From Felis catus (Eukaryota), in contig NC_058383.1 of assembly GCF_018350175.1 (NCBI RefSeq), positions 11,844,001 to 11,908,000 of the forward strand: a stretch of 64,000 nucleotides of DNA, written 5' to 3'. Numbering within the stretch: the stretch's first letter is position 1; every line of letters starts with the position of its first letter. A program made the position numbers and the translations under genes. Positions 61,439-64,000 of this stretch are shown piece after piece. The notes beneath the pieces are model-generated. The model was not told the origin of the DNA and did no database searches. It saw nothing but the letters and a program-made list of their open reading frames with translations.

Positions 61439-62358
61439 GAAGAAACTGCCACGCTGCCTTCCAAAGTGGTTCAACCATTTTACGTTCCAAACAGAAGTTT
61501 CTGAGAGTCTCAGAATCCCCTGAAATTGAATCAGAAATATAATGTTTATTTGTAAGTACTCATTTCTCTTGGGAAAGGTCCATTGCCTAAATGTTTGCAG
61601 CCAATGTATTCCTAATATGATGTTTTCATTTTCGTTATTTTCTGGTTATTTTTTCGCCGTTGCCTAATAAGTATCCATCTGATCATAATTGAGGAAAAAT
61701 AACGGTTATTTAGTTCCAGTTTTTCCACTTGACAAAATAAATTTATTAAATAAATAAATCCACGAGAAAGGTTTCCCTCCTCTCCTCATATCTTTTGTCC
61801 TCAATTCTCATGATGCATATTTCTTGCACAGCCTCACTTATATTTTCTTCCTAGGCGTTGATTACGGAGCTTCCCTTTTGCTGCTGTTGTCCTAGTGCTT
61901 TGTGAGGCTGCCTGGAAAATCTACCTCCGCTCCCCAGACTGGCCCCAGACCCAGGCTTGTTTGTCTCAGGCCAAGAGCAAGTCTGGTGGAGGGGTGGCTC
62001 CAAACTCCTGAGTGTTTGGTCTGGGGGGTTGGACACAACTCCACCTGCTGTACAGGCAAAGCTCGACTGAACCCAAAGAAGCCTTGTCTGGGTTTGGTGT
62101 GGAGGGAACAACCTTTGTTTCCTGCATTTTCTGTTGTTTCCTCACGTTGGCTCGGGTCGGGGGTTGGGGGGGTGGTATTTGGTAGATTGGTAGATTCCAC
62201 GGGACTTCACACGTGGGTGTGCTGATGTGCGTGCTCAAGAGAGATGTGTTCGCGTGCACCAACAGATGTACGTAAGAATGCTCATAGCTGCATTTGGGGT
62301 TGTAAGCCCAAACTGTAAACAATCTAAATGTTTATCAGCATTAGAATGAGTAAATCCA

Positions 62359-62592
62359 GGGGCGCCTGGGTGGCTCCATCGGTTACGCGTCGGGCTTCAG
62401 CTCAGATCACGATCTCGCAGTTCGTGAGTTTGCGCCCCGCGTCGGGCCCTGGGATGACGGCTCAGAGCCTGGAGCCTGTTTCGGATTCTGTGTCTCCCTC
62501 TTTCTCTGCCCCTCCCACACTCATGCACTCTCTCTCTCTCTCTCTCTCTTTCTCTCTTAAAAATAAACATTTAAAAATTAAAAGAAAAAAGA
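62359..62592 (+). mobile_element. Can-SINE inside an old L1ME-like fragment (~62230-63260)
   Basis: TSD ATTAGAATGA(G/A)TAA(A/G)TCCA. Confidence 0.95.
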
Positions 62593-62965
62593 ATTAGAAT
62601 GAATAAGTCCATCACAGAACTTTCATACAATGGAATTCTCCACAGCATTGAAATAAATGATCTGTCACTACATGAACGGATCTTACATACATCATGTTGG
62701 GCAAAACAAACCACATACCAAAAACACATGTATGACTATATTAAGTTCAAGAAATAGGCAAACCGGTCCATTATATTTGAGGATGCCTGCTTACGTAGTA
62801 AGACTATAAAGAAAAACAAGAAGGTTTTTAGGATACTCGACATCCTAGTTAAGATATGGGTTACTTTCCCGGAGAAACGAGGGGGGAGTAGTTACACAAG
62901 GACCCAAGAGAAGTTTTTGAGCATGTTTTTGAGGGTTTTGCATTTTGACGCATCACTGTTACATA

Positions 62966-63206
62966 CAGTAAAACCTTGGTCTGTGAGCATAATTCGTTCC
63001 AGACACAGGCTTGCGGTCCAAAGCACTCGTGCATCAAAGCGAATTTCAAGACCCATTGGCTCGGTTGTGATCATGTGACATTCGGCATCACATCTTGCTT
63101 GTATTGCCAGACATCACTCGTTTATCAAGTTAAAATGCATTAGAAATGTTTGCTCGTCTTGCGGAACATTCGTAGGGCAAGTTACTCGCCATCCAAGGTT
63201 TTACTG
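62966..63206. mobile_element. Non-autonomous Tc1/mariner-pogo (Tigger-type) MITE
   Basis: Perfect 14-bp terminal inverted repeats CAGTAAAACCTTGG (62966-62979) / CCAAGGTTTTACTG (63193-63206); TA on the left, CA (likely a mutated TA) on the right. Confidence 0.9.
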
Positions 63207-64000
63207 CAGATTTGTTTCGTGTAGTTTCCCATATAAAATGTACATTTAATGAATTTATTAAAAGCAAGTTGATAAAAAAAAGCCCTTGAGCCATCGCCCA
63301 CGGCAGCTGGTCTGGGCAGTTCATGCACTGGCCACAGATGCCACGTCTCTCTCTTGCTGGCTTCAGCTCGTGCTGACACCCACTGGCCCCATCACCTCTG
63401 ACTTCCCTACACGCTCCACTCTGTACTGAGTACCTCCAGATTTCCTTCCGAGGACAGGAAATGTTCTGACATCCCACCCAAACCGGGTGCTTCGTCCTCG
63501 GTTTACTTCCTCTCAAAGGGGTGCCAATAGCTTCCAGAAGCTGTGGCTGTTGCATCTGGTGGTAGGCCCGCTTGGCTGGATGGAGTGGGGGTCATCTACA
63601 GAAATTCCTGGAGCCATGGTCTTACCCTCCCCATGCTCTTTACTCCCAGGGACTGGACACTCAGCTATCGTCCATTGACCTCATGGCCCCCCGGGAGCCA
63701 ACCTGACAGGCAGCGTGCGCACTCTGTTATCCCCAATAGTCCTTTCTCCATTTTGTCAACTTTCTGCTATGCCAGGCTGCCAATACGTCCTCCTGATGTG
63801 CCCTAGGGGCAGAAGACTTTGGAGAGGCATCACGCAGAGGGAAGAAGATCACCCTCGTTCATTGTCTTTAGACTAGAACTAATGCCCTCAAGGTGCACTT
63901 ACCTAGGTACGTCCTAGCTTTTAAAAACCGATTGACCGTGTCCTCAAAGGGCACACTGATTGCAAGCGGCGTGAGGATGGGATGGGAACCAATGTTCATG

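Larger units (their letters stand above)
60450..61500 (-). mobile_element. Old L1M 3' region interrupted by two SINEs
   Basis: CCAGGCAACCACCGCTGTTTCTG...CAGGTTTGGGGCTATTGTAAATAA...AAGAAACTGCC...TTCCAAAGTGGTT. Confidence 0.85.

Noticed and set aside
1..64000. CRISPR-like or other repeat-spacer array; tRNA genes
   Set aside because: The only dispersed repeats are known retroposons at irregular spacing; tRNA-like A/B boxes all belong to SINE heads

Overview
This is mammalian DNA from a carnivore, almost certainly a felid. It carries about 35 tRNA-derived Can-SINEs of the feline type (GGGGCGCCTGGGTGGCTCAGTCGGTTAAGCG head, (CT)n tract, AAATAAA/poly-A tail, most with target-site duplications, TSDs) and a young cat-type L1 3' end. 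The rest is a mosaic of older eutherian repeats (L1M, L2, MIR, MaLR/MLT1, MLT2, MER5, MER58 and a Tigger-type MITE), microsatellites and several repeat-free, motif-dense islands that look like enhancers. I could not identify any protein-coding gene, RNA gene or CRISPR-like array; the ORFs in the track look like SINE/L1-derived or chance frames. The window is therefore most likely intergenic or deep intronic. I did not find a convincing new biological system. The best-supported oddities are a twin-primed L1 whose target site was reused by two SINEs (41.1-42.2 kb), an unexplained bipartite duplication (58.3/59.5 kb), SINE fusion and hairpin structures, and several 150-700 bp patches that interrupt repeats and look scrambled or foreign. 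Those patches should be checked as possible assembly or engineering artefacts. Repeat family names come from recalled consensus sequences, not a database search, and boundaries are approximate.
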